This document shows, in pieces, positions 1 to 8,326 of a stretch of DNA of 37,370 bases. The stretch is from assembly GCA_029261905.1 (NCBI GenBank), contig JAJDAM010000109.1, positions 1 through 37,370 on the forward strand, given 5' to 3'. The notes under the pieces are model-generated. The model ran no database searches. It was not told the origin of the DNA and saw nothing but the letters and a program-made list of their open reading frames with translations. The position numbers and the translations under genes are program-made. Within the stretch, counting starts at the first letter, position 1. Every line of letters starts with the position of its first letter. The stretch comes from Deltaproteobacteria bacterium (GTDB taxonomy: Bacteria; Myxococcota_A; UBA9160; SMWR01).

Positions 1-2682
1 TACGCGCGCCAGTTTCTCGACCAGCTCAGCAAGCCAGACGTCGACTCGATCGACGGCTTGTCGCCCGCGGTCGCGATCGAACAGCAGAAAGTGGGTGGTG
101 GCCCGCGCTCTACGGTCGGGACGGCGACCGAGATCTACGACTACCTGCGGCTCCTCTATGCCCGAATCGGCCAGCCCCACTGCTACCAGTGCGGCAACCC
201 GATTTCGAGCCAGACCGTGTCGCAGATGACCGACCGCGTGCTCGCGATGGGAGAAACCACGCGACTGCAGGTGCTCGCACCGGTGATTCGGGGCCGCAAG
301 GGCGCGTACAAGAAGGAACTGCGTGATTTCGCTCGCCAGGGTTTCGTTCGGGTGCGGATCGACGGCGAGACGATCGAACTCGGGGACGAAATCGCGCTCT
401 CGAGACAATCGAGGCACGACATCGACGTCGTTGTCGACCGACTGGTCGCGAAACCATCGGCGCGCGGTCGGATCGTCGAATCGATCGAGACCGCGCTGCG
501 CCTGAGCGATGGGCTCGTGACACTCGATATCGGCCCGGGTGAATCGGAATTGCTGCTTTCGCAACACAACGCCTGTGTCGACTGTGGTGTGTCGTATCCG
601 GAGATCTCTCCTCGGATGTTTTCGTTCAACAGCCCGCACGGCGCGTGCGAACCGTGTGGTGGACTGGGCACGACCGACGCGTTCGACCCTGCGTTGATCG
701 TGCCCGACGAGTCGCTGTCGATCGCGCAGGGAGCCATCGCACCGTGGGCCGGCAAGAGCGTCCCGCGCTACTACCGCCAGCTCGCCGCCACGCTGGTCGA
801 ACACTTCGAGATCGATCCGGACACCCCTTGGCGAGACCTGCCGAAACGCGCACGCAAGGGAATCTTGTTGGGTCTCGGCAAGGAAGAAATCTCGTTCTCT
901 CTCGGCTCTCGCAACACTCGCAGCACCGAGAGCACCGAGAGCACCGAGAAGAGCGGCAGAAAAACGGCCAAGCGGCACTGGGACGGAGTCGTCGGTGAGC
1001 TCGAACGGCGCGAAGCGGGAGCCCCCGGCAGCGAGCGAGAGAACCTCGCGCGCTACCAGACGGCAAGGACCTGCGCGGCGTGCGAGGGCACGCGGCTTCG
1101 GATCGAGCCGCGCAGTGTACTCGTCGCGGGCAATCCGATTTCGGAGTTGACGAAGCTCTCGGTCGAGCGGGCCAGGGACTTCATCGAATCACTCTCGTTG
1201 ACCGCGACCGAGCGCACGATCGCCGACCGAATCGTCGCCGAGATTCGGGATCGTCTGCGCTTCCTGAGCGATGTCGGCCTCGGCTATTTGACGCTCGATC
1301 GGCGCAGCTCGACGCTTTCGGGCGGTGAAGGCCAACGCATTCGATTGGCGACGCAAGTCGGTTCGAGCTTGATGGGAGTGCTGTACATCCTCGATGAACC
1401 CTCGATCGGCCTGCATCCGCGCGACAACGACCGCCTGATCGAAAGCCTGCTGCGGCTGCGCGACGGTGGCAACTGCGTGCTCGTCGTCGAGCACGACCAG
1501 GCCACGATCGACGCCGCCGACCTCGTCATCGACATCGGTCCAGGAGCGGGGATTCACGGCGGTTCGATCGTCGCAGTCGGTTCGCCCGATCAGATTCGAT
1601 CCGACGAAGGTTCGATCACGGGTGCGTATCTGTCCGGTCGCCGAGCGATTCCCATCCCCGAAAAGCGTCGACCCCCCACCGACCGGGCGTTGATCTTCGA
1701 AAACTGTCGCGAACACAACCTGAAGAACCTGACCGTTGAGATTCCGCTCGGGCTGTTCGTCGTCGTGACGGGGGTTTCCGGTTCGGGAAAGTCGACTCTG
1801 ATGAAGGACACCGTGTTTCGCGCACTGGCGGGGCGCCTCCACAACGCACTCACGCCGCCCGGGCGATTCGATCGCTTCGCCGGTCTTCGCCACATCGACA
1901 AGGTAATCGACGTCAACCAGTCCCCGATCGGTCGAACGCCGCGAAGCAACCCGGCCACCTACACCGGCGCCCTCGGCGGAATCCGCGGTCTGTTCAGCCA
2001 GGTGCCGGAAGCCCGAGTCCGCGGTTATACGCCGGGCCGCTTTTCGTTCAACGTGAAGGGCGGCCGCTGCGAGTCCTGTCGGGGCGACGGCCTGCTGCGT
2101 GTCGAGATGCACTTCATGCCCGACCTGTTCGTCCGCTGCGAAGTCTGCAGCGGCCGGCGCTACAACCGCGAAACGCTCGAGATCCTCTACAAAGACAAGA
2201 GCATCGCGGATGTGTTGGAAATGACCGTCGAGGAAGCGCTCGAGTTCGCTCAGAACGTTCCCTCCGTACGCCGGCCTCTGCAAACACTCGTGGATGTCGG
2301 GCTGGGTTACCTGCAGGTCGGGCAACCGGCCACGACGCTTTCGGGCGGAGAAGCGCAGCGCGTCAAGCTCGCGAAGGAGCTCGCGCGAAGCGACACGGGC
2401 CGCACCCTGTACTTGTTCGACGAACCGACGACGGGGCTGCACTTCGCCGATGTCGAACAGCTCTTACGCGTGCTCGACCAACTCGTCGAACGCGGCAATT
2501 CGGTCATCGTCATCGAGCACCACCCCGACGTCATCAAGACAGCCGACCATGTGATCGACCTGGGTCCCGAGGGTGGCGACGCGGGTGGCCACATCGTCGT
2601 CGAAGGCACACCAGAGGCGGTAGCCGCCCATCCAGACAGCCATACCGGTCACGCGCTCGAGGGTGTGTTGCAGAAACGCTGA
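1..2682 (+). CDS. uvrA: Excinuclease ABC subunit A (UvrA), 5' end cut by window edge
   Basis: Frame 1 is open from base 1 (YARQFLDQLSKPDVDSIDGLSPAVAIEQ), so the track start at 58 is internal. Two ABC modules are present (LSGGEGQRIRLA/LYILDEPSIGLH and GVSGSGKSTL...LSGGEAQRVKLA/LYLFDEPTTGLH), plus CxxC zinc modules (CVDCG, CEPCGG, CAACEG, CESCRGDG, CEVCSG). Stop TGA at 2680-2682. Confidence 0.95.
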   Translation, partial: YARQFLDQLSKPDVDSIDGLSPAVAIEQQKVGGGPRSTVGTATEIYDYLRLLYARIGQPHCYQCGNPISSQTVSQMTDRVLAMGETTRLQVLAPVIRGRKGAYKKELRDFARQGFVRVRIDGETIELGDEIALSRQSRHDIDVVVDRLVAKPSARGRIVESIETALRLSDGLVTLDIGPGESELLLSQHNACVDCGVSYPEISPRMFSFNSPHGACEPCGGLGTTDAFDPALIVPDESLSIAQGAIAPWAGKSVPRYYRQLAATLVEHFEIDPDTPWRDLPKRARKGILLGLGKEEISFSLGSRNTRSTESTESTEKSGRKTAKRHWDGVVGELERREAGAPGSERENLARYQTARTCAACEGTRLRIEPRSVLVAGNPISELTKLSVERARDFIESLSLTATERTIADRIVAEIRDRLRFLSDVGLGYLTLDRRSSTLSGGEGQRIRLATQVGSSLMGVLYILDEPSIGLHPRDNDRLIESLLRLRDGGNCVLVVEHDQATIDAADLVIDIGPGAGIHGGSIVAVGSPDQIRSDEGSITGAYLSGRRAIPIPEKRRPPTDRALIFENCREHNLKNLTVEIPLGLFVVVTGVSGSGKSTLMKDTVFRALAGRLHNALTPPGRFDRFAGLRHIDKVIDVNQSPIGRTPRSNPATYTGALGGIRGLFSQVPEARVRGYTPGRFSFNVKGGRCESCRGDGLLRVEMHFMPDLFVRCEVCSGRRYNRETLEILYKDKSIADVLEMTVEEALEFAQNVPSVRRPLQTLVDVGLGYLQVGQPATTLSGGEAQRVKLAKELARSDTGRTLYLFDEPTTGLHFADVEQLLRVLDQLVERGNSVIVIEHHPDVIKTADHVIDLGPEGGDAGGHIVVEGTPEAVAAHPDSHTGHALEGVLQKR

Positions 2683-2713
2683 CTGCAACTTCCCACTTTT
2701 AACGGGGAACGTG

Positions 2714-3793
2714 TCAGGGGCGCGCTACGTAGAACGCGTTGACGGGATGGCCCAGATCCAGTTCCTCGAACTCGCGGAATCCCGCCGCGCGAACCATTTC
2801 TTCGGCCAGCGCTGGGTGAAAACCGAGAGTCCCCAGGCCGAGCCCATCGGGTTCCGACAATGCCGACGACATGCAGGTGAGTACCGAGCTGCCGTACATC
2901 ATCGCTGCCATCGGATTTTTTTCGACGTTCTCTTCGTAGCTCGCCTTGGCCTTGATATCGGCGATCAGCCAGGTCCCATCGGCGGCGATCGCTTTTCGGA
3001 TCTGTGTCATCGCCTGATCGGGGCGCGTCATGTCGTGCAGGCAGTCGAATGTCGTAACGAACGCGAAGCGGCCATCTGCGGGCAGCGGTTCCGTCTCGAC
3101 GTTGTGGAAGTGCGCGTTCGATACACCGGCCTCGGCTCGATTCTGCTCGGCACGGCCGAGTGCGTGTGTCGAAAGCTCGTAGCCGTGGAACTCGGAAGCC
3201 GGGAAGGCTTTCGCCATTTCCAGCAGCGCGACACCCGCCCCGCAGCCGACGTCGGCGACCTGTACGCCCGACTTGAGCCTGTCGACGATCCCGTTGACCT
3301 GCGGCAGAGCGCGTGGAACCAGCAGCGCGCGAAACCACGGCGCCAACCCTCGCTCGATACCGCGTGCGCCTTCCGGTCCGAGCGCGTCGTAGGGAAGTCC
3401 CAAGCCGGTCTTGAACGCTTCGGGAAGTCGCTCCGTCACCGCCAGCTGGCCGGGAAGCTGGGTGAAGAACCCGGCGCCGAACGCGGGATGGCTCTCGTCC
3501 GACAAGACCGCCACACCTTCGGGGGAGAGTTCGAAGCGGCCGTCGCCACAGTAGTCGAGCACACCCGCCGCACCCTGCTGGTAGAGCCACTCGCGGATCC
3601 AGCGCTCGTCGAGATCGGTCTTGTCAGCGAGCTGCTGGCTGGTCAGGGGACCCGCTTCCGCCATCGCCTCGAACAGCCCAAGCCGATCGCCGAGTCCGAT
3701 CAGCGCTGAGGTCATCGCTCCGCCGAGCGCACCGAAGACGAGCTTCGCGTAGTCCTTCAGCTTGTCGGGATCTGTAGGCTGTGACTTTGACAT
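2714..3793 (-). CDS. Class I SAM-dependent methyltransferase with N-terminal winged-helix-like domain
   Basis: 359-aa ORF with SAM-binding motif I VADVGCGAGVALLEMA and downstream FVTTFDCLHDM. SD AGGAGA lies 6 nt upstream of ATG 3793. Substrate unknown. Confidence 0.75.
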   Translation of the reverse strand: MSKSQPTDPDKLKDYAKLVFGALGGAMTSALIGLGDRLGLFEAMAEAGPLTSQQLADKTDLDERWIREWLYQQGAAGVLDYCGDGRFELSPEGVAVLSDESHPAFGAGFFTQLPGQLAVTERLPEAFKTGLGLPYDALGPEGARGIERGLAPWFRALLVPRALPQVNGIVDRLKSGVQVADVGCGAGVALLEMAKAFPASEFHGYELSTHALGRAEQNRAEAGVSNAHFHNVETEPLPADGRFAFVTTFDCLHDMTRPDQAMTQIRKAIAADGTWLIADIKAKASYEENVEKNPMAAMMYGSSVLTCMSSALSEPDGLGLGTLGFHPALAEEMVRAAGFREFEELDLGHPVNAFYVARP

Positions 3794-3841
3794 CGGGGGT
3801 CTCCTGGGTTCGAAAGTCTGCGCTGTAGCTTACCGCGCAGG

Positions 3842-4468
3842 CTACCCGACCGTTGGACCGAATCGCGCCATCACCCGATCGAAGATCTCTGCTTCGAGCG
3901 CCTCTGCAGTGGCGTCTGCGTGGATGCGCTCGATGTACGACCGATCGATCGCGCGAAACACCTCGGCGACCGCCTCGAGGAACTCCTTCTGTTCGAAGAC
4001 CGCTTCGATCACGCCGCCGCGGCTTCGAATCCGTTCCAATGCCACCGATGGATCGATTTCGAGTAGCACCACGAGATCGGGCAGCGGGAACTCGGATTCG
4101 CTGTCGGCCAGGATCTGCTCGAAGTCCAGACCTCGCGCGCCCTGGTAGGCGACCGTGGAAAGGAAGTAGCGATCGGTCACCACCCATCGACCCGCAGCCA
4201 GCGCGGGCTCGATGACCTCACGAACGTGGACCCGACGATCCTCGATGAACCAGCGCAGTTCTTCGGTCGGCGACAGCGCGGTTCCCGACCGGGCCATCTC
4301 GCGGATGCGGCGACCCGTCGGGCCCGTGGTCGGCTCACCGGTGACGACGACGTCGTGACCAGCGTTCGTTGCGTTGTTCGCGAAGCGCTCGAGTTGCGTG
4401 CTCTTCCCGCAGCCGTCGATGCCCTCGAACGCGATCAAGCGACCGCGGTTCACCGGAGTGTCAGCCAC
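3842..4468 (-). CDS. tmk: Thymidylate kinase
   Basis: 208 aa with P-loop FEGIDGCGKSTQ, TGEPT and VTDRYFLSTVAYQG motifs. GTG start at 4468, no clear SD. Confidence 0.9.
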   Translation of the reverse strand: MADTPVNRGRLIAFEGIDGCGKSTQLERFANNATNAGHDVVVTGEPTTGPTGRRIREMARSGTALSPTEELRWFIEDRRVHVREVIEPALAAGRWVVTDRYFLSTVAYQGARGLDFEQILADSESEFPLPDLVVLLEIDPSVALERIRSRGGVIEAVFEQKEFLEAVAEVFRAIDRSYIERIHADATAEALEAEIFDRVMARFGPTVG

Positions 4469-4751
4469 CGGAGTTCACAATCGGGCTACTCACGCGAACG
4501 TTGGAATGCCGCAACTACGCGAACCGACTCCACAATTTTCGGTACGCGCAACGAATCCCGGTTGGGCACGCCACTTGCTCTATCCGAGAGCGTCGGGAGT
4601 CGATTCGTCGCCTTCCGGCAAGCCGCCACAACCCCTTCATGGGACCGGGGGTTCGGCGGAACCGGAGTCGTCGGGTGAGGACAATGGGTTCGGCGCGGAA
4701 ATTGTACGGGGTGAGTTCCGCGTCGAGTTCTTGCCCGACGGCTCTCCATCA

Positions 4752-4807
4752 GGGCGAAACATCGAGGGCGAAACATCGAGGGCGAAACATCGGGGGCGAA
4801 ACATCAC
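4752..4807. repeat. Four tandem copies of a 14-bp unit GGGCGAAACATCGA (last two copies with 1-2 changes)
   Basis: Units read directly at 4752-4765, 4766-4779, 4780-4793 and 4794-4807. Non-coding, between the atpE terminator hairpin and tmk. Confidence 0.9.
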
Positions 4808-4837
4808 AGAGAGCGACGCCAGAGAGAAGTGGTAGCG

Positions 4838-4873
4838 GGAGCGCGGAGAAGGCTGTGCCTTGCTCCGCGCTCC
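4838..4873 (-). terminator. Long GC hairpin 26 nt downstream of atpE stop (candidate terminator)
   Basis: GGAGCGCGGAG (4838-4848) pairs with CTCCGCGCTCC (4863-4873). An inner AAGGC/GCCTT extension is present with one bulge. The trailing RNA is CU-rich (cacuucucucu) rather than a clean U-tract. Confidence 0.4.
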
Positions 4874-4898
4874 GAAACCACCCAAACAGGTCTCCGGA

Positions 4899-5216
4899 TC
4901 AGCCGATCTTCCCCTGCAGCATGAAGGCAATGACGAGGCCGTAAATCGCGATGGACTCGATCAGCACCATGCCGAGGATGAAGTTGGTGAACATCGCGCC
5001 GGCTGCGCCGGGGTTTCGTGCGATGCCCGCGGTCGTGTTGCCCGCGGTGAGGCCCTGGCCGATCCCGCATCCGAGACCCGCGAGGCCGATCGCGAGGCCT
5101 GCGCCCAACGCGTATCCCCAGCTGCTGTCGCCACTTCCAGTTTCGGCACTGGCCACCAGCGGTACTGCGATGAATACGAGTGCCCAGAGTGCAATCTTTC
5201 CGAGTTTGCGAATCAC
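4899..5216 (-). CDS. atpE: F0F1 ATP synthase subunit c, with N-terminal signal-peptide-like extension
   Basis: The C-terminal 105 aa of track ORF 4899..5978 form the gene. GTG start at 5216 is preceded by SD AAGGAGA. The protein shows a glycine-rich helix 1 (GLAGLGCGIGQG), the ARNP loop and the helix-2 carboxylate (MVLIESIAIYGLV). The rest of the 359-aa track ORF is an over-extension running antisense through atpB. Confidence 0.9.
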   Translation of the reverse strand: MIRKLGKIALWALVFIAVPLVASAETGSGDSSWGYALGAGLAIGLAGLGCGIGQGLTAGNTTAGIARNPGAAGAMFTNFILGMVLIESIAIYGLVIAFMLQGKIG

Positions 5217-5299
5217 GCCTGTCTCCTTGGTTGTACTTGGTTGTAAGAGTTGTCTTTCGTGTTGCGTCGATTTGTGTTGTCGAAACTTGTGTTCTTGAA

Positions 5300-6013
5300 C
5301 TAGTGGGGATCCTCGAGCGCCAACCCGATGTAGATCATTGTCAGAAGTGCGAAAATGAACGCCTGCAGAAACGAAACGATCAACCCGAGCCCCATGAAGA
5401 TGGCCGGCACGCCGATCGGAACGAGACCGATCCACACCGCGATCACGGTGTGGTCGGCGAACATGTTGGCGAGCAGCCGTACGGCCAGCGTCAGGATGCG
5501 CGCGATATCGAGCGGAAGCTCGATCGCCAGCATGATCGGCGCCAACAACCGGAAGTGGATGGTGCGTCCGAACATCTCCTTCTCGAAGAAACTCGGCCCG
5601 AGGAACTTCACCAGGTACTTCTGCTTGTGCTTCGCGATACCCACCCAGGTGTAGACGACCCACGAAATGATCGCCCAGGCCCAGGTGGTGTTGGCGTCCG
5701 ATGTCGCACCTTCTATTCCGGGAATCAGACCGATCAGGTTCGACACCAGAATGAACAGGAACATCGTCCCGACGATCGGAAAGAACTTTCGCCATTCTGC
5801 GCCGATCCGATCCTGAGCGAGATTCGCCAACATCTCGACCAGGACTTCGATGACGTTGCGAACAGTGACGCCCTCGTCGGGCAACACCCCGGCACCTTCT
5901 CCAGACACTCTGCTTCGCACCAGCAGACCACCGGTCAGCATCAGCAGACCGGCCAGAATCGCCGCTTGGATCACCCACGGAATGGTGCCGTCGAGCGGTG
6001 TATAGATGTTCAC
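5300..6013 (-). CDS. atpB: F0F1 ATP synthase subunit a
   Basis: 237 aa, polytopic membrane protein with the conserved Arg motif LAVRLLANMFADH. The GTG start overlaps the atpI stop (GTGA). Confidence 0.9.
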   Translation of the reverse strand: MNIYTPLDGTIPWVIQAAILAGLLMLTGGLLVRSRVSGEGAGVLPDEGVTVRNVIEVLVEMLANLAQDRIGAEWRKFFPIVGTMFLFILVSNLIGLIPGIEGATSDANTTWAWAIISWVVYTWVGIAKHKQKYLVKFLGPSFFEKEMFGRTIHFRLLAPIMLAIELPLDIARILTLAVRLLANMFADHTVIAVWIGLVPIGVPAIFMGLGLIVSFLQAFIFALLTMIYIGLALEDPH

Positions 6014-6465
6014 CAGCTCTCCTCGTCGGAGTCTTCAGGCTGCGCGATTTCTCGCGCCAGCCAGGGGTTCCAGTCTTTCCACGCCGGATCCTCGGGATCG
6101 AGGGGCTCTGCCCCTTCGATTACCGGGGGACGCGTTCTCCAGGCCTCGATGATCGCAGCCGGCATGATGAGTGATAGGCCAACGAGCAATCCAGCCGCAT
6201 TCGTTCCGAAATAGAGCGCAGCGGCAATCCCGACGGCGAGCAGACCAAAGCGCATCGCGAACACCGCACCCCAGGCGCGCTGGTTCGGAAGCACACCCCA
6301 GAACAGGAACTGGGCGGATCGGCGCATCGCGTGAAAATTCGCCGCCTCCATCGCAGCGCCGATGGCGAGCCCTGCGGTGAACGAGGAGGACGCCACCGCA
6401 TAGGAGGTCGCCACCGCGCCTGCGGAGATCACCAGATTCATGCGTTCAAAAGGGTCGATCTTCAT
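6010..6465 (-). CDS. atpI: ATP synthase protein I-like membrane protein
   Basis: 151 aa, hydrophobic, with an acidic C-terminal tail. It sits immediately upstream of atpB and is translationally coupled on both sides (ATGA / GTGA overlaps). The call rests on position and hydrophobic profile. Confidence 0.6.
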   Translation of the reverse strand: MKIDPFERMNLVISAGAVATSYAVASSSFTAGLAIGAAMEAANFHAMRRSAQFLFWGVLPNQRAWGAVFAMRFGLLAVGIAAALYFGTNAAGLLVGLSLIMPAAIIEAWRTRPPVIEGAEPLDPEDPAWKDWNPWLAREIAQPEDSDEESW

Positions 6466-6860
6466 CTTTCGTTCTCGTTTTGCGATTCGTCGCCTATGTC
6501 TCGGTCTCGGTCTCGATCGTCGCGATTCTGATGGCTCTGGTCCGAATCGCCGCCACTCGGATTCGAATCCTCACCCGATCCTTGTCCCTCTACCCAGCGA
6601 CCGAGTCGGACCAACCGGATCGTAAAGGAAGCGAATCCAATCGCGAATCCGATCAGTAGGAATACAGGGGACGTTTCGAAGTACCCGTCGATCCAGTAAC
6701 CGAAGAGGGCAGCGACCAGAATCGCGATGACCGCTTCGGACGCACCCTGGTACACAGCACCCTGTCTGCGGGTCTCGAAATCCTTTTCTGTTGGCTTCCC
6801 CTGCGAAGAGTCTCCTGAAGATTCCTGTGATGAGCCGTCTGAGTCGGGTCGGTCCGTCAA
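6462..6860 (-). CDS. AtpZ/AtpI-family small membrane protein (ATPase_gene1-like)
   Basis: 132 aa. The core AVIAILVAALFGYWIDGYFETSPVFLLIGFAIGFASF resembles the two-helix AtpZ/AtpR family. It is the first gene of the atpZ-I-B-E cluster and has acidic low-complexity N and C termini. Confidence 0.6.
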   Translation of the reverse strand: MTDRPDSDGSSQESSGDSSQGKPTEKDFETRRQGAVYQGASEAVIAILVAALFGYWIDGYFETSPVFLLIGFAIGFASFTIRLVRLGRWVEGQGSGEDSNPSGGDSDQSHQNRDDRDRDRDIGDESQNENER

Positions 6861-7006
6861 CGCATTTCACCTGCGAACGACTGAAGCTGCAATACCGGAC
6901 GCGACATGCCTTCTCTAACTGGTGCAGAACGTCTGGTGCGCAACGATTGACTGCGTCCAGAACACCAAGGCGACGGCGCGCATGCTAGCCGACGCCCGGA
7001 GCCCTC

Positions 7007-8302
7007 TCAACGCACTCTGGCGGCTTTTTCTAGCGCCACCTGGGCGGCTTCGAGCGTGCGATTCAGATCGCGAGGTCGGTGTGCGAGGGATGCAAACCCG
7101 CACTCATACGGCGAGGGAGCCAGATAGATCCCCTGTTCGAGCATGCTCGAAAAAAACCGTTTGAAGCGAGCCGGATGGGCGTCCGCAGCCTCGGTGAAAT
7201 TCGTCACCGGCCCCTCGTGAAAGAAGAATCCGAAAATTCCCCCAGCCGACGCAGTGCACAAGGGCACCCCGATCTCGACCGCAAGCTGTTCGAGACCGCT
7301 GGTAATCCGCGCCGATACGGCTCCGAGCTGCTCGTAAGCACCCGGCTTTGCGAGCAGTTCGAGCGTCGCCAGCCCGGCCGCCATCGCCAGCGGGTTCCCA
7401 GACAACGTACCGGCCTGGTAGACGGGGCCCTCTGGCGCAATCTGCCCCATCAAATCTCCGCGACCCCCGTAGGCAGCTGCCGGCAGGCCCCCACCCACCA
7501 CTTTTCCGAGGCAGGTCAGGTCCGGTTTCACACCGAAATGCTTTTGCGCACCACCCCAACCCAGGCGAAACCCGGTGATGACCTCATCGAATATCAGCAA
7601 CGCACCATACTCATCGCAGCAAGCGCGAAGGGCCTCGAGAAAACCCGCGACCGGGGGCACGAAGCCCATGTTTCCCGCCATGGGCTCGACGATGATGCAG
7701 GCGATCTGCTCGCCCCACTTCTGGAACGCCGACCGCACGGCCTCGATATCGTTATAGGGGGCCTGGATGGTGAGGTTCGCATAGCTGCTCGGTACGCCCG
7801 GAGAGCCGGGGATCCCGAGCGTCGCCACGCCGCTGCCGGCACCGAGCAACAGCGCGTCGACATGACCGTGGTAGCAACCCTCGAACTTCAGCACCCGGTC
7901 GCGCCCGGTCGCTGCCCGCGCCAGCCGAAGCGCACTCATCGTCGCTTCGGTCCCCGAGCTGACCATCCGGAGCTTCTGGATGCTCGGCACTGCATCCCGG
8001 ATCGTCTCGGCGAGCGAAATCTCGAGCTCGGTGGGCGCCCCAAAGCTCGTGCCCTTCGACATCGCTGACCGGACGGCCTTCAAAATCGCGGGATTGGCGT
8101 GCCCGGCGATCAGTGGGCCCCAGGAGCCGACGAAATCGATGTACTCGTTTCCATCTACGTCCCAGACCCGGCAGCCCTTGCCCCGTTCGATGAACCGCGG
8201 GACGCCGCCAACGGATCCGAACGCCCGCACAGGACTGTTGACGCCACCGGGGATCACCCGCTTGGCGCGGGCAAAGAGTTGTTTCGAGCGCTCGGTCTTC
8301 AC
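7007..8302 (-). CDS. hemL: Glutamate-1-semialdehyde 2,1-aminomutase
   Basis: 431 aa with N-terminus RAKRVIPGGVNSPVRAF, then GSWGPLIAGHA, FDEVITGFR and the PLP-lysine region LTCLGKVVGGGLP. GTG start with SD GGAGGG. Confidence 0.95.
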   Translation of the reverse strand: MKTERSKQLFARAKRVIPGGVNSPVRAFGSVGGVPRFIERGKGCRVWDVDGNEYIDFVGSWGPLIAGHANPAILKAVRSAMSKGTSFGAPTELEISLAETIRDAVPSIQKLRMVSSGTEATMSALRLARAATGRDRVLKFEGCYHGHVDALLLGAGSGVATLGIPGSPGVPSSYANLTIQAPYNDIEAVRSAFQKWGEQIACIIVEPMAGNMGFVPPVAGFLEALRACCDEYGALLIFDEVITGFRLGWGGAQKHFGVKPDLTCLGKVVGGGLPAAAYGGRGDLMGQIAPEGPVYQAGTLSGNPLAMAAGLATLELLAKPGAYEQLGAVSARITSGLEQLAVEIGVPLCTASAGGIFGFFFHEGPVTNFTEAADAHPARFKRFFSSMLEQGIYLAPSPYECGFASLAHRPRDLNRTLEAAQVALEKAARVR

Positions 8303-8326
8303 GAACCCTCCATTGGACGATTCGCG

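Noticed and set aside
1189-2442. 417-aa ORF antisense to uvrA
   Set aside because: This is a typical GC-rich shadow frame: Arg/Ala/Gly-rich with no motifs. It lies fully inside a gene with unambiguous UvrA motifs on the other strand.
2683-2713. Bidirectional terminator between convergent uvrA and the methyltransferase
   Set aside because: Only a 5-bp TTCCC/GGGAA pairing around ACTTTTAACG was seen, which is not convincing.
5217-5978. Upstream 254 aa of track ORF 4899..5978
   Set aside because: Only the last 105 codons form the c subunit, with a GTG plus strong SD at 5216. The remainder overlaps atpB in another frame and is Arg/Gly/Asp-rich junk.
6559-6570. GGATTCGAATCC, a tRNA T-arm-like sequence
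   Set aside because: It lies inside the atpZ-family CDS, and the flanks do not fold into acceptor, D or anticodon arms.
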